From: Podarcis erhardii
Taxonomy: Eukaryota
Assembly: GCA_964252035.1 (NCBI GenBank)
Contig: OZ176214.1
Length of the DNA: 64,000 bases
Reading direction: 5' to 3' (one strand)
Within the stretch, counting starts at the first letter, position 1. Every line of letters starts with the position of its first letter. Under the pieces are notes generated by a model. The model was not told the origin of the DNA, ran no database searches, and saw only the letters and a list, made by a program, of their open reading frames with translations. Positions 34,765 to 48,250 of this stretch are shown here, piece after piece. Made by a program: the position numbers and the translations under genes.

Positions 34765-35250
34765 TGTTTCTGTATGGATTTCGACTGTGTCCAAAGCCTT
34801 GTTAACATATAAAGTCTTGAACAACTTGGGGACAGCTTCCCTGAAAGACCTGCTGTCCCTTATAGAAAGGAGAGGTCACTTAGGTCATCTACTCTTTGCA
34901 CTGCACTCAACAGAATATCATAGGGCATTGATCCAACAATTGGCATTTTCTGCTGTTGCCCCCATTCTGAGGAATGCATATGGAAAGCAGCAAACATCCA
35001 TTGCTACAGACATCTTGTGAAGAGCTAATTTTTCTGCCCAGACCTTCCCAGACCCATATGATAGGACCGTGTTTTATGAGTTTAAAACCTCAAGATTTCT
35101 CTTTTATCTGCTTTTATATGTTTCTATGCATTTTCATATTGCTGTTTTACTAGTTTTGGGTTGTTAATATAATGTTTGTTTTCTAATCTGTGCACTGCTC
35201 AGAGTTTTGAAACCTTAAGTGGTATGCAAATGCTTTTAAATCAATAAATA
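34765..35250 (+). mobile_element. Degenerate L2 3' fragment
   Basis: KALLTYKVLNNLGTASLKDLLS...QLAFSAVAPILRNA, then a T-rich UTR ending gtggtatgcaaat...aataaata. Confidence 0.6.
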
Positions 35251-37188
35251 GCAGCTGTATTCCAGGCACTTGGTTCATAGCTAAAAAAAAAAAAAAAAAA
35301 AAGCAGTGGAAGATGTAGTTTTAGCACCTACATTGTGATAGGAGGCGCTTCATCCTCCTATTTCAATAAGGGTTTCTAGGAGGGCATTGTGTCCATAGAT
35401 AAAACAGTCTTAATATTTGTGTTGCCCAAGCTGCTCCTGTGCTAATGGTTGAGTATCTATAGTAGACCATGGTTCAGTAATGTGGTGCCCTGCAGATGCT
35501 GTTAGACTCTTATCAGCCCCAGCCAGAATCTCTTGTAGTCCTTGGAGAGCACTATGTTGTCTATACCTTCACAGACCCACACAAAGAATCGCCTTATACT
35601 GACATTGGTCCATCTAGCTCAGTGTTGTCTCCCCAAGGTTTTAGGCAGGGGTCTCTCCCAGCACTACCAGGGATTGAACCTTGGACCTTCTGCATGCAAA
35701 GCAGAGCAGAGCCAGTGAGAATGTGACCAGGGGCTAGGGAGAGTCTTAGGGGCTTGATAGAGGGATCCCTACTATATACAATTAATCTTATGAGAAAGTA
35801 GACCAGAAATAAAAAACTGTCCTTCCCTCTTAAAAAAACTGTAGCAACAAGAATGTTATTTTCAACATAGTTGTGTTTTTTTTAATTAAGTTGATGAACT
35901 CTTCCCAACCACCAGCTATCTGTAGTCCTGCAGTTACCAAAACTGGTGGAAAGAATAATGGCAAACTTGTACATGAGATCATTCAAAGCCTCCTCTTAAC
36001 CAAGCGTAGCTGCTGCCTCCGCTTTCTGCATTGGCTGTCCATCCTGCACGTTAATGTTTCGGCAGTTGGCTACAATTTTGTGGGGCTGCTGCTTCTTTTT
36101 CTTTTTTTTAATGCAACAGAGTTCTTTCAATTATGCAGCCATCATAAGTTTTGCCAACATGGAATATGGATCGATTTGTGTTCATTAGAGCACAAAATTA
36201 AAATTTCATTGCAGCAACTATAAACGTGTTGGCTCAAAGAAGTCAAAATACTTTCCAGTGTGAAATCTTGGATTAAGTGTCATTGGCAAGCTCTAACTTT
36301 TTTTGTATGCTTTTTTTAAAAAAGAAATGTTATTTCTGTGAGATTCTGCCTTCATTTCTTTCTATCTATCTACCTAAACACATATACAACACATACATTT
36401 GTTTTGATCTATGGCCATAATAGGAACCTTTGGCCCTGCAAATGTTACTGAACTGGAAACTCCCACCTGCTAGGGGATGATGGGAGTTGTAGTACCACAC
36501 AATCTGGAGAGCTAAAAGTTCCCCACATAGAAAGAATAAGGTTCAATCCTACTCATAGCTAGCTACGAGTGAACCCCATTGAAGGCAGAGAGAGCTTACT
36601 TTTTAATTACTTAACAAAATTGTAATTGTAAAACCTATAAGCAGTTTCCATAAAATATATAAAAAAGTTCAAAACAAGTCAGCCTTAAAAAGTTCAAAAT
36701 ATAAATGAATCAGCAGTTAAAATGCACTATAAAACAAATCTCACGTATTAAAATGTGTGCAAACTTTAGTTTTGAATAAACATGCAAAGTACCAGGCCCA
36801 AAGACCAGTGTAAACAAAAAGTTTTAGCCTGGCACCTGAAGACTGACAAGGATGACACCAGGCACATCTTCCTGGGGACATCATTCTGTGGGTGTGGAAG
36901 TACCATGGAAAGAGCATGTTCTTATATGGCAACCCTCAACACCTCCCTTGGGTGTTGTAGATGGAGAAGAGACTGTTTGCATTGAGGAATCTGGAATCTG
37001 TGGTTATTTAGGCATGCTTGGAAGCCTTCATACCTGCTAACTCAGCGTAGAAAGGTCAAGGGTGGAGTCACTGGGAGTGAGGGAACTAGGATGTAAGAAT
37101 GCATCATGTTTACATTTCACTGCAGTTTGCCCTCTACCAAAATTATGTAACTTGCATAGCTTATGTAATCCATTACATAAATTAAGTA

Positions 37189-37429
37189 CAGTGGTACCTT
37201 GGTTCTCGAACTTAATCTGTTCCAGGAGTCTGTTTGACTCCCGAAATGGTTCGAAAACCAAGGCTCAGCTTCCAATTGGCCGCAGGAGCTTTCTGTACTC
37301 AAGAAGAAGTTGTGTTGGATGTTCAGATTCTGAAAAAGTTCACAAACCAGAACATTCACTTCCGGGTTTTCGGCGTTTGGGAGCCGATTTGTTCGGGAGC
37401 CAAGCCGTTCGAGTAACAAGGTACCACTG
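37189..37429. mobile_element. Tigger-like MITE (second subfamily)
   Basis: TIR CAGTGGTACCTTGGTT...AAGGTACCACTG. TA on the left and CA (mutated TA) on the right. Confidence 0.8.
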
Positions 37430-40400
37430 CAATTATGTTGTCATTACATTATTCCATCCATGGGGGCCAACTCTGGGTGACTGAGCTCCCCCCGCCCCAG
37501 TAATAATTTGCTTGGAGAGCAGGGCTCCCCCATTGTTCCCTACCATCAGGGGGTGGAGGAGGCCAAGCGTGAAGCCAAGCATGGCTTCAGTAGCCAGCTC
37601 CTCCTCCTCCTGCTGCACTGGAAGTCTGCTGAGCATGAGAGAGGAGGAGCTCCCAGCTCTGTACCCTGACTTCTCCTGAAATGTGACATTGTGTGTCACA
37701 CGCATGATCCATCCCCCTCAATCTTGGGCACAAGTTGGTGGCTCCAAGTCCCATTCATTCCAAGCAAAGGTAACTGAATGCAAAAGAGGAGGCGCATATT
37801 CAATATGTTATTTTCAGAGGAGTGTTCTCTAATGCCCTAGTGGGGACATGGGGTGCAGGACTAGCATAGTTGCCTGCACTCCTCCCTACACAAATAGAGG
37901 TGATAGCAGCTAAATAGAGCTCTAAATATTTGTATTTCCACCTTCCTGCTTCTTATCAGTATTGCATTGTGTCTGCATAATTCCAAAGTGTCCAGATTAA
38001 CACGCAGGAGGAAGTGGCAAAAACTTGGCTACTTACATTTGGCATTTGCGCCACAAGCACTATGTAAACATTTGCTTCTTCAGCTCTCTTCCAAAGCCTG
38101 TAATTTAAACGTCAGATGGCATAAATTAGCAAGGTGAAAAATCTAAATATGCACCTAAAGCGACTCTCAAAGGAAATAAGCAGATGAATACACACTGTGA
38201 CGAATGACTGGGGTGGATAAAATATCAACATACATTTCTCCATGCAGGTTATGTATAAATCAAGGAAGATGCAAGAAAAGCCCTTTAAGCTTTTAAGATT
38301 TATATAGGCTGTTTGCACTTTAGAATTCTCTCACTTAAGGAAAAAAAAACAATTTCGAGGGCTTTTAGTACGGAGGAGAAAATTGGCATATCCAGGCAGT
38401 CCTTCTCCATCAAATTGGATCACCGCTGAACTCATTCCTGAATTAATGTGTTCATTCGTAAGGTGGAAATCTTAAGGAATGGACTTGGAGGGAATGGAGA
38501 GATGGCATAGCACATTTATTTATTCTGGAAGAAAGGCGTTCATTAATCTATTGTGAAAACGTGGAATTAGAAGGGAAGGAACCACAGTCTGGAATTTGGC
38601 AGCTGCTTAAAGACACAGATGGTCCGGCAGCTTTTAAAGAGTTTCCAGGCTTTTGATACTGATACCAGCATTAAAAAGTAGCTTTATTGTGTGCCTCATG
38701 TTGATCCAGAATAGCCACAGAAAAACAAGACCTGGTATGTTTTGGATGGCCCCATCTCCCACTATATTTGCCTAAACTAGGCGTGGGGAACCTTGCATGG
38801 TGTGGGGGCCACATTGTCAATTTTAAACTGGCAAGAAGTCTTCATTAATGAACGAATAAACTAAGATGAACAATCCCACTTGGCCCATAATATTGAAGTG
38901 GAACATAGGCAGCTGCTTTTTATAGAATCAGGCCTTCTAACTTCATATTGTCTACACTGACAGGCAGTGGCTCTCCAGGATTTTAGATGAGGACATTTCC
39001 AGCCCTATGTTGAAGTGCTGGGGGGTCAAATGTGGAATCAAACACAGAGCAGACTGTGCCACTGAACTGCAGCCCATCTTCAAATTCAAGCAGCATTACA
39101 TCCTCGTATAACTTTTCTCTCACAATGAGAAAAACAGCTGAGGGAGGATTTTGAAAATGGGTGGACTATCATTTGAAGTAGTGCTTAACTCCACTAATTC
39201 TGAGCATTTACTATGCCCCTAAATTAAAACAAAAAAACCCCAAAACCCAAGCAGTTGAGTCAAATTTATACACATTTATGTGAAGTTTGGCCCTTTTCGT
39301 AAGTTCACCCCCCAACTCAGAGAGTGTGATGGTGAAGCTTAGCATGCTTATTTCCTCTCTCCCCATTTGCATGAGTAAAATTTCTGAGGTGCATTCACAT
39401 CAGTAATAGACAGTGATATGGTATGATATGATATGATTTGATGTGATGTTTTTCTTTTGGGCCATAAGAAGGAAAATCCATAACATCCATCCAGTTATTT
39501 ATTAAATTACCAAAAAGTGAGGCTGCCTACCCAAAGCTAAGATTGACCATTCAGAAGGAAAATGAGTTGGCCAAAAGCACACTTATTGGACCAAAGCTGG
39601 GAACAATATCTTTGTAGCAATGGTCTGGTTCAGACGTAACACTAAACTATAGTTCACCATTACCAGAACAAGCCTAGGCAAGTCTCAAATTTTTCTGTTC
39701 CCCTCCTCTGGTGCCATGGCCAAGAGGGAAAAGTTCAAAAGCTTGTTGTTACATTTCAGATTGATGACAGTTTGCTGTGCTATCCAAGCTAGGACAAATG
39801 GTGGGTTAATCTTAACAATGGTTCACGAAAACAAACCCATCCATGGTTTATATAAGCTGGCTTATTAAGATTAGCCACAGTTTAAGATTTAGATGAAATT
39901 CTAAAATGGAAGTTGACACTTCCAATCTCCTCTCCATGGCTGCACAAGTGGAAAGGGCAGGGGAAGAAAGCTCCCATTGTCTCTCATTGGAGATGTTTTC
40001 TCTCCCTCTGATGCAAATAGCAGCTGTGATGGAAGATCCCAAGTTGAGACTGCTGCGAGATGGGGCTACCACAATATGCATCATACATAGAATGCATTGC
40101 TAACATCTCCCTGTGGATTGAGAGTGGAGTGTTAACCTCCTCTTTTTAACATTTTGTTTTAGCACTGGTGTTTGCAAACTTTAATAAGAAATCACTACAG
40201 GGATAGACAGACAGACACATAGGTTGTTATGTGCATTCAACGCGGCCTAATGAGATACTTGCTCAGATATTGATAACTAACAGTGTTTTGTGGCAGTTTC
40301 TGTTCCATTAAGAACTTGTGTGTTTAAAAGTTCAGAGTACGGACTTGGAGAGTGCCCATAGGGGGGGGGGATATTTGTACAGATCTGGAGGAATAAAATT

Positions 40401-40740
40401 GCCCTTCTTAAGAGGAGCTTGAACAACACAAGTCCAGGGTGAAAGACTCCCACAGTGTCGATGCAGTTACACAGAGCTTGAACTCTGGAGTCGCTGAAAT
40501 AGGGATGAGTGGAGGTGAAGTGACGTTATCAGATCAACAGCTAAAAGAGATGATCTTGGCATTTTGTCGGGATTAGAGAGGAGAGGCATGGCTGTCAGAC
40601 AATCAGGAGGGAAGGGGGACAATTTCACACTTGTCTTTGCATGGATGGATGCAGAACTGCCATTGTTATGAATGCAGTGGGCCATTTGTGAGTCTCAAAC
40701 TCAAACCCTGCATTGGGATAATGGAGATTAATATAGAGGA

Positions 40741-40741
40741 G

Positions 40742-40785
<44 letters not shown>
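40741..40785. repeat. (GTT)n microsatellite
   Basis: 15 tandem GTT units. Confidence 0.97.
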
Positions 40786-42489
40786 ATGCAGCTGGTTTGA
40801 TGGGAAAGAGGAGATTGGACTATTGGATTTTCAGGGGTCTCTGGAATAACGCGATCCTAGCCTTCAAGTAATATTACGGTAACATTACGGCTAGCATCTG
40901 AGCATCTGACCTCTGCTTTCTGGTGCACAGTATGAGACTTACAGGTGCCAGGAATGAACCTCTTCTTTGGAAAATCCTCCAGGAGAATGCCCACCCCTTT
41001 CCTGATTGCCTTAGGGATGCCCAGTTGCAATCTGGATGGTTTGTATAGTGTTGTGTTTTAATCTCTGTTTTATCCCCTGCTGCTATTTTTATCAGGGTGT
41101 CCCTATGCATACCGCTATTTACTTTTCTTAAACATTGTTGCTTTGCCATTTCTGTTGTTTAGTAACTTGCTATATTACTATACAGGTAAACCCACCACCC
41201 CCATTTACACATGTTCAGTATTTTGGGAGAAATGTGCGGAATGGAGTGTTGGCAGGCCATTTCACTGATGTGGACAATGGCTTGGAATGTAACCCCTGCG
41301 TAGATGGGGGGTTGCTATACTGTGTCAGTGACTCTTTGCAAACCATCTTGGGAGGATCATTTACCATGAAAGGTGGATTAAAGATGCAACAAATAAATAA
41401 ATTTGTAAATATACATAAGTGCCTTCAAGCAGCAAGGTTTTCATTCTGCTACAGTTTGTCTTCCACCAAAAAAACTACATTTGTCTCACTGTCCAGCACA
41501 GCAAAATTGCATAACTTAAGAAATTACGTCAATTATATGTGTTGCATTGTTGTTTTGTTATTACACCTCATTCAATTCAGTGCAAAGGAAACACAACACA
41601 AAGGTGGGGGGCACATAATCAATTACAGTTTGCAGACTAAAAAGAAAAGAACAGAAAATACCAGTCATATTCTCTGGATTGATTTCCATTCTGGATATGG
41701 GATGAATAAGTGAACAATAGCAATTTCTACTCCCATTTCTGTTTTTGTTGCAATTCTCTGACACCCTAGCTTCTGGAAACTACTAGATCTGACTTTTTTA
41801 AAAAAAGAAAAAGCCTAAGTGTTTGCCTCTGTTCCTATAGCTGACTGTATATTAAGTAGAAAGCTCTCATCAGGTTTAGCAAATCAATACAGTAAGGCTG
41901 TGAAATGGTCCCCAGAAATCTTCAGAATTCTATTTCACGGCAAGAGCAATTGGGGAGGGGAGGGGGAGAAGCTACAATGGAATAACTTACGAGATAGCCA
42001 TTTAGATCACAAAAGGATCATAAAAGTCAGAAGCAGTTTGTTTGAAGCAAGGTTCATCACGTAACCATACAGGACTTGCCTCAAAGGGAGAGCGAAAGAA
42101 AGAGACGAAAATTGCAAACCAATTTGTGGTTATAGCTGTTGCTGACAATTCTGCTGGGATTTAAAACTTGTTAAAGGTAGGAACTTCTGCCATCTTGCAT
42201 TCCTCAACTAGCAGGTGATAGCTATCGTCAGGGTAGCAGAAGAAATGCTAGCTATTGGAAGTCAATAAAAGTACCTCCAAAACAATTAGTACTTTGCAAG
42301 GTCATTTATTACCAAACAGAAAGGTGTCTTGGCAATAACGTGAGTTAGCAATAATCCAAAGACTGCTTAGGGAACATTTAGTGCCACTCGCTAACCTATT
42401 TTTATGAAAGAGGATTCAAGTCTACGTTTTATTTTCTCATTCATGGCATTTCTCTACTGCCTCCACGCATTTCAGGACAGTGTAAATGG

Positions 42490-42605
42490 AGTCATCCCAA
42501 CTAATTCTCACAACAGCCCTGGGAGGTAGTTAGTGACTGGCCCAAGTATACCCATGGAACTTAATGACTGAATAGGGATTTGAACCCAGACTGCCTCCAG
42601 TCCAA
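42490..42605 (-). mobile_element. Old MIR/CORE-like SINE fragment
   Basis: ctcacaacagccctgggaggtag...gactggcccaag...gggatttgaacccag is a typical reverse-strand CORE SINE signature. Confidence 0.55.
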
Positions 42606-42808
42606 AGTTCAAATCTTCCCCCATGAAAAAGCTCCCTCTACTTATAAAGCTTGTACTTCTGGAAGAAAGGTGCCAGCCTTTTCTCCTGCTTGCCAGCCCA
42701 TAATATGCCTTGAATTAAACTCCTCCTCCTGACTATTCTTAATGCATAGATCAACTCTCAGAGGTGTTACAGACTGTTTTGCTAGTTCACAACACGATCT
42801 GTCTAACC

Positions 42809-42944
42809 CAGGCACAGGCAAACTCAGCCCTCCAGATGTTTTAGGACTACAGCTCCCATCATCCCTAGCTAACAGGACCAGTGGTCAGGGATGATGGGAC
42901 TTGTAGTCCCAAAACATCTGGAAGGCCACGTTTGCCTATGCCTG
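42809..42944. mobile_element. hAT-type palindromic MITE with 8-bp TSD
   Basis: TIR CAGGCACAGGCAAAC / GTTTGCCTATGCCTG; internal inverted ccagatgtttt-ggactac-cccatcatccct. TSD GTCTAACC at 42801-42808 and 42945-42952. Confidence 0.9.
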
Positions 42945-44769
42945 GTCTAACCTAAAACTGACCAGCCAAATGCCTCAAGGGTCACATCCATGCCATACAC
43001 ATATCCTCCAACATGCCCAGTCCCAAAACCAGGAAGCACATCTTCCTGTCCATGCTCCCCGCATGAGTCATGTGACCCACGTGGGATCACTAAGCCCAAA
43101 CAACATGGTTTTGCAGGGACCATGTTCTCACAGGACCCCAAAACACACCTCTGAAAAAGTTTATTTCAGGGCTAGATCTCAGCATGAAATCATGGCCAGC
43201 GTGCCCCAGTTTTTCCAGGACACTTGCGGGGGGGGGGTGATATGGATGCATTTAAAACACACCTGTTATTAAATTTATCTTCTGCCATTCCCTCCAAAGG
43301 AACCTGGAGTGGCACATGGCCTTCCCCAAAGAATTCTGGGAACCTTAGTTTGTTAAGGATACTGGGAATTGTTGTTCTGCTGTGGGGTTAACTACATTCC
43401 CCAGGAATCTTTGGAGGAAGCCATACGCTTTAAATGTTTGTTAAATGTGCACTAAGTGTACAATGTGAGATGTGACTTGGGCACGCCTAATCAGGACATT
43501 GCCCTGTCAACTGCTATTCGGAGATACATGTGGGGACCTGCAACAAAGTGATGTGCAGGGCTTCTGCTCAAGTGTCCAGCCACTGCAGTCCAATCCCCTC
43601 TCCCTTCCCTAGTATTCCATTTCCTGATCCCCAGCAGTCAGGAACCCAGGTCCTCTCCCCCAGGTTATCATGAGTCTGTTGGTACAGTAGAGGCTGGTGC
43701 CCTTTGGGGCTGATTGGGCAGAGGGAAGAGTACCTATGTTAGGTGGAGCTAAGTAACTATCCGCATCCTCCTTAGTGGGACTTAGTTCTAAGCAAACTGC
43801 ATGTTTGTTTGCTTGCTTCCATCCACCTCTCTCTTAGACACAGTGATAGGGATTCCAACCAGGTAAGAGCTGGCTCAAGTTCTGGGTTCTAAGTAGGGAA
43901 GGGGCACCACGCCACATCACGAAAACCCTGTAGTGCATGAGTGGGGCAATTTTGGCTTTGCCCCCACAAGCCTGTAAAGACTTGAACTGGAAATAGAGGG
44001 AACAATACTGCCCCAATACATGGAAGCTTTGTTTACTTATCGCTGCTGAAATTTCAACATCTGCTTCTCCATAGTATATCATGGCCCCATTAGGGTTGGT
44101 TAGATCTTGCCAATGTTTGCATCTGGGACTCCTTTGCATAGCGGCTTTGGGATATATGGTTGATTTGGGGCTAATATGAAGTCAATCTCCTTTCTTCCCC
44201 CCCCCTCTCTCTCTTTCTTTCTTTCTTTCCTTCCTTCCTTCCTTCCTTTCTTAATGTAGGCAATAAAAAAAAAGTTTCTGGTTTCTCTTCTGCTCCTATT
44301 TCTCTTCAAAGAACCGTGTTGCTTTATTAAAGATCTAGGAAATGAAATTCTGGCAATGTTACACTCAATCAATTGACTCTGGGCAGATGAAAAGTAATAC
44401 TGCTGGCTTTAATGCCATTAGGAGACCTGATATTGTGGGCTCCTTTTAAGGTCGCAGCATAGCAGCAAGGCTGCAGACTTGATGTGGCGGTATCCTTCTG
44501 CAGCGTCAATGTAATCACGCCACGGGAGCGACACTGCCACAATGTGTTATGGATGCAGGAAGCAGAGAGCTAATGCACTGTGACCCACTCGGGAGCATTG
44601 CTGTGCAGATTCACCTTCCTTTTTCCTTTACTATTTTCCCCTCTGGTTCCATGGATGCTGCAGAATAAGCTGAGGAAAGCAAGTTGCAAGTGGGCACCTC
44701 AGTTTCTGATTCACAGATATAAAACATGGCTTTGTGACTGGAACTACACACCCAGCAATGAGCTCTGGG

Positions 44770-45197
44770 TTTAGGAGCAGGGAAGAAGAAGAAATTTGAT
44801 TCAGTTTGCATCGAAAGGCAGAATCACCTAATTTTACACTTTCCAAAACAATACATGAGCCAAAATATAGGTATCCTTTTGAAGTTCACACTGCTCCAAA
44901 TTTTGCAATGCAGTTTTGCAGCCAAGTAACATGTACAAAAACATATATACTGGGGTAAATTCATCCATAAAATATATATATTACTGAAAATAGCATACAG
45001 AAATGCATTATATAAGAGAAAATCACTTTGTAAGCATATCTCTACAAATATATGTATTACGAGAAGTTCATACTAAAATGATTTTGGATTTTCATTTCTT
45101 TTTTAAGCAAATTGATGTGGAAATGTGAAGAACCAAACTTAAGACTAGAAACATGAGAACCTGTAAGAAACCAAAAATAGCAGATTCTGCCACCCCT
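44770..45197 (+). mobile_element. Non-autonomous lizard repeat (uninterrupted copy of the family split at 5453-7578)
   Basis: Colinear similarity to the reverse complement of 7264-7578 plus 5453-5540. A partial copy lies near 28540-28700. Confidence 0.6.
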
Positions 45198-46159
45198 GTA
45201 TGGGACCCCAAGTCTTCTGCAAACTACTGTAAAGCTGGAGTCTGGAAATGAGTGGTGGAAATTCATTGGGAAACAAAGCAGCAGATCTCCCACCCCCACC
45301 CCCCTCATAAAAAATATTTCCACTATTCACATACCTTCTTCCATGAATCATTATGTTTTTATTTGGGATGGGGAGGTTGCCGCATACAAGGCGAAATTTC
45401 AGGGGCTCATGTTGGCAAAATAAGACCAATACCAAATATGAAAACATCAACTTGCTCTGGAGATAAGCCGATTGTGTTATATACTGTGCGCGGGGGGAGG
45501 GGGTGTTTCATTAAATCATGACTTTCTAGCAAATGACATCCCAAAAGATATTTATCAAAGCAAGAAAGCCCTAGAAAGGTGTGCCCTGCATTCACTTTAA
45601 TATTTCTCCTTTTCTTCTGACATTTTTCTAGCCTAGAGATCTAATTCCATTAAATATGTACATTTTTTGACTGGGAGACTTCTTCATGTATCTTTCAGAT
45701 GAATCTTAAAAGTACATAAGGTCTGTAGGGCATCTTTTTTAAAGTGCAAATGAGGCCCACAGTAGAATATTGTCTTCTGAGCCTTTTCAATTTATTTATA
45801 TTCCTGCAGTGTTTTACCTTTTTCTGACTGTGATAATGATGTGGAGGAAGAGAGAGTCCAATGCACCTTCCACAGAGCCCTGTCAAACAACGTTAGTCTT
45901 ATTTAATGCATGAGACATAGAGGAACTTAACTCTGACCGATTTCCGTTTTCATCGGCTTTATTAGCAGTTGTCATGTTGGGTAACTTTCCGTTTTCCACT
46001 TGTATAGAAGTGCTCTTAATAATTAGGCGTTCCATTGTTCAATATGCTTCTTTATTAGAACGTACTATGTTGGAGGAAAAGGCTATCAATTGCTATTAAC
46101 CCCGAAGGCTATGGTTTCCCCCGTTAGTTTGTATTGAATTTGTTATATTAAGTTTATAT

Positions 46160-46248
46160 ACTGTCCTACATCCAAGGATCTCAGGGCAGTTTGCAGTATA
46201 AAAAACACAAAAGTACACAGCATAGTAACAAACAAAAACAATACCCCA

Positions 46249-46315
<67 letters not shown>

Positions 46316-46684
46316 AAAAGGCCATAGAACCTTTAATTGTCCAAATGCCTGTGAGAAGAGGACTGTTTTTGCCTGGTGTCGAAAGATATGTAACAGAGGT
46401 GCTAGGTGAGCTTCCCAGGGGAAAGCATTCCACAAGCAGGGAGCTACCACAGTAAAGGCCCATTCTCATGTTTCCACCTTATGGACCTCTCCATAAGGTC
46501 CACCTTATGGACCTCTCATGGAGGAGACCTCTCATGTGAAGAAGGATCTCAGATGATGACTGCAGTGTCCAGGTCAGTTCACATGGGGAGAGGTGGTCCT
46601 TGAGGTATTGCAGTCCTGAGCCATTTCAAGGCTCTGTGGTTCAAAGCCAGCACTTTGAATTGGGCCCAGAAACTGGTTGGCAAT
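46160..46684 (-). mobile_element. L2 3' fragment with (AC)n(AG)n in the 3' UTR
   Basis: Minus frames LPTSFWAQFKVLAL and APCLWNAFPWEAHLAPLLHIFRHQAKTVLFSQAFG. Confidence 0.75.
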
Positions 46685-47313
46685 ATATATATATATAACT
46701 CTTCAAACCTTCGGGGCTCACAAAACCCTACCTGTACCTCCCTCTTGTAAATGAATAATGCATTTGGCTGCATAAATACTGATGCTTAGCTCTGTATATC
46801 AGAAATAGAGAGAAAGAGTCACATATGTCTTTCAGTATTCAACCTGTTCAGCATGTTGAACAAGTATTACCCTTCTAGCAAAGTTAACTTCTGAAACTCA
46901 CTTCCATAAGACATGTCGATTACCACTGAATTACAGTCCTAACCATGGGTTGTATCTGGACTTCCACTTGCCAAGTTTCTCTGGGGGAATGCGATGGGTA
47001 ATTAGAGCAAAAGTCAATCGGCTTTTCTGCTGATTTGATGTTTGCTCCAATTCAGTGGACGGCAAACAGAAAACTACACAGACCCATTCTTTTGAGGCAC
47101 AGGACAAGCAGGAGCAGGGCTTCTTCTTTTTTTCAGCCAGAACTCACCAAAACTCAGTTCCAGCATCTCTCAGAAGGGCACCATTGCCATTCTAAGAAAA
47201 CAAGGAAGGCATTCATGGTGAGTTCCAGTACCACTTTTTCCAGAAAAATAGCACTGAGTGGAAGCGTGGACAAGGTTGATTAATTTCAGTGGGTCGACTC
47301 TGAGTAAAGCTTA

Positions 47314-47581
47314 GACCACATTCACACCATACATTTAAAGCACTGTGACACCACTTTAAAGAAATATGGCTTCCCTAAAAGGCTTCTGGGAGCTGTAGTT
47401 TATTAAGAGTGCTGAGTGCTATTAGGAAAAAAACCCATTCCCCTCCCAGGGCTACAATTCTCAGAGTTTCCTGTGCAGAGGGATTGATTATTAAACCACT
47501 CTGTGAACTATAGGTCTGGGAGAGAAATTTGGGTCCCTTAACAACTCTCAGCTGCCTTAAATGTTTGGTGTAAATGTGGCC
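47314..47581. mobile_element. PIF/Harbinger-like MITE
   Basis: Ends gaccacattcacaccatacatttaa and ttaaatgtttggtgtaaatgtggcc; flanks TTA and TAA. Confidence 0.65.
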
Positions 47582-47901
47582 TAAGAGAGCAACAGTTTAA
47601 CAGGAAACTGAGGAAGTATAGTGGACTGAAACCCTGGAGGCAAAATAGATAAGCAAACAACTGAACAAATAAAGAAGACTTACTTCACTAGCTTGAGGAA
47701 TGTTAAGCTTTGGTAGTTTATTCTTTGAGCTGGGTCCAGTGGTCTTTCCTTCCAGTGGAATCCCAAAGGGTTGGTTTCCATAAACGCCTTCAATTTCTAT
47801 AGGCGTCTTCAGTTCTGGCATTGGGAAAGTGCATCTGGCCATCTGTTGCTGCTGGACAGAGATACTGTCAGAGCTGTATGGACAACACAGTTAGATACAT
47901 A

Positions 47902-48250
47902 AAAGTAAAGGGACCCCTGACCATTAGGTCCAGTTGTGGCCGGCTCTGGGGTTGCGGTGCTCATCTCGCTTTATTGGCCGAGGGAGCCGGCGTACAGCTT
48001 CCGGGTCATGTGGCCAGCATGACTAAGCCGCTTCTGGCGAACCAGAGCAACACACAGAAACACTGTTTACCTTCCCACTGGAGCAGTTCCTATTTATCTA
48101 CTTGCACATGGCGTGCTTTCGAACTGCTAGGTTGGCAGGAGCAGGGACCGAGCAACGGGAGCTCACCCCGTCGCGGGGATTCGAACCACGACCTTCTGAT
48201 CGGCAAGTCCTAGGCTCTGTGGTTTAACCCTCAGCACCACCCGCATCCCT
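47902..48250 (-). mobile_element. Full-length Sauria SINE with 13-bp TSD
   Basis: Reverse complement of the 26903-27256 family. TSD AGTTAGATACATA at 47889-47901 and 48251-48263. Confidence 0.95.

Noticed and set aside
34464-34808. Minus-strand 114-aa ORF and plus-strand 160-aa ORF 34330-34812
   Set aside because: No recognisable domain or splice structure, and partly overlapping a decayed L2.
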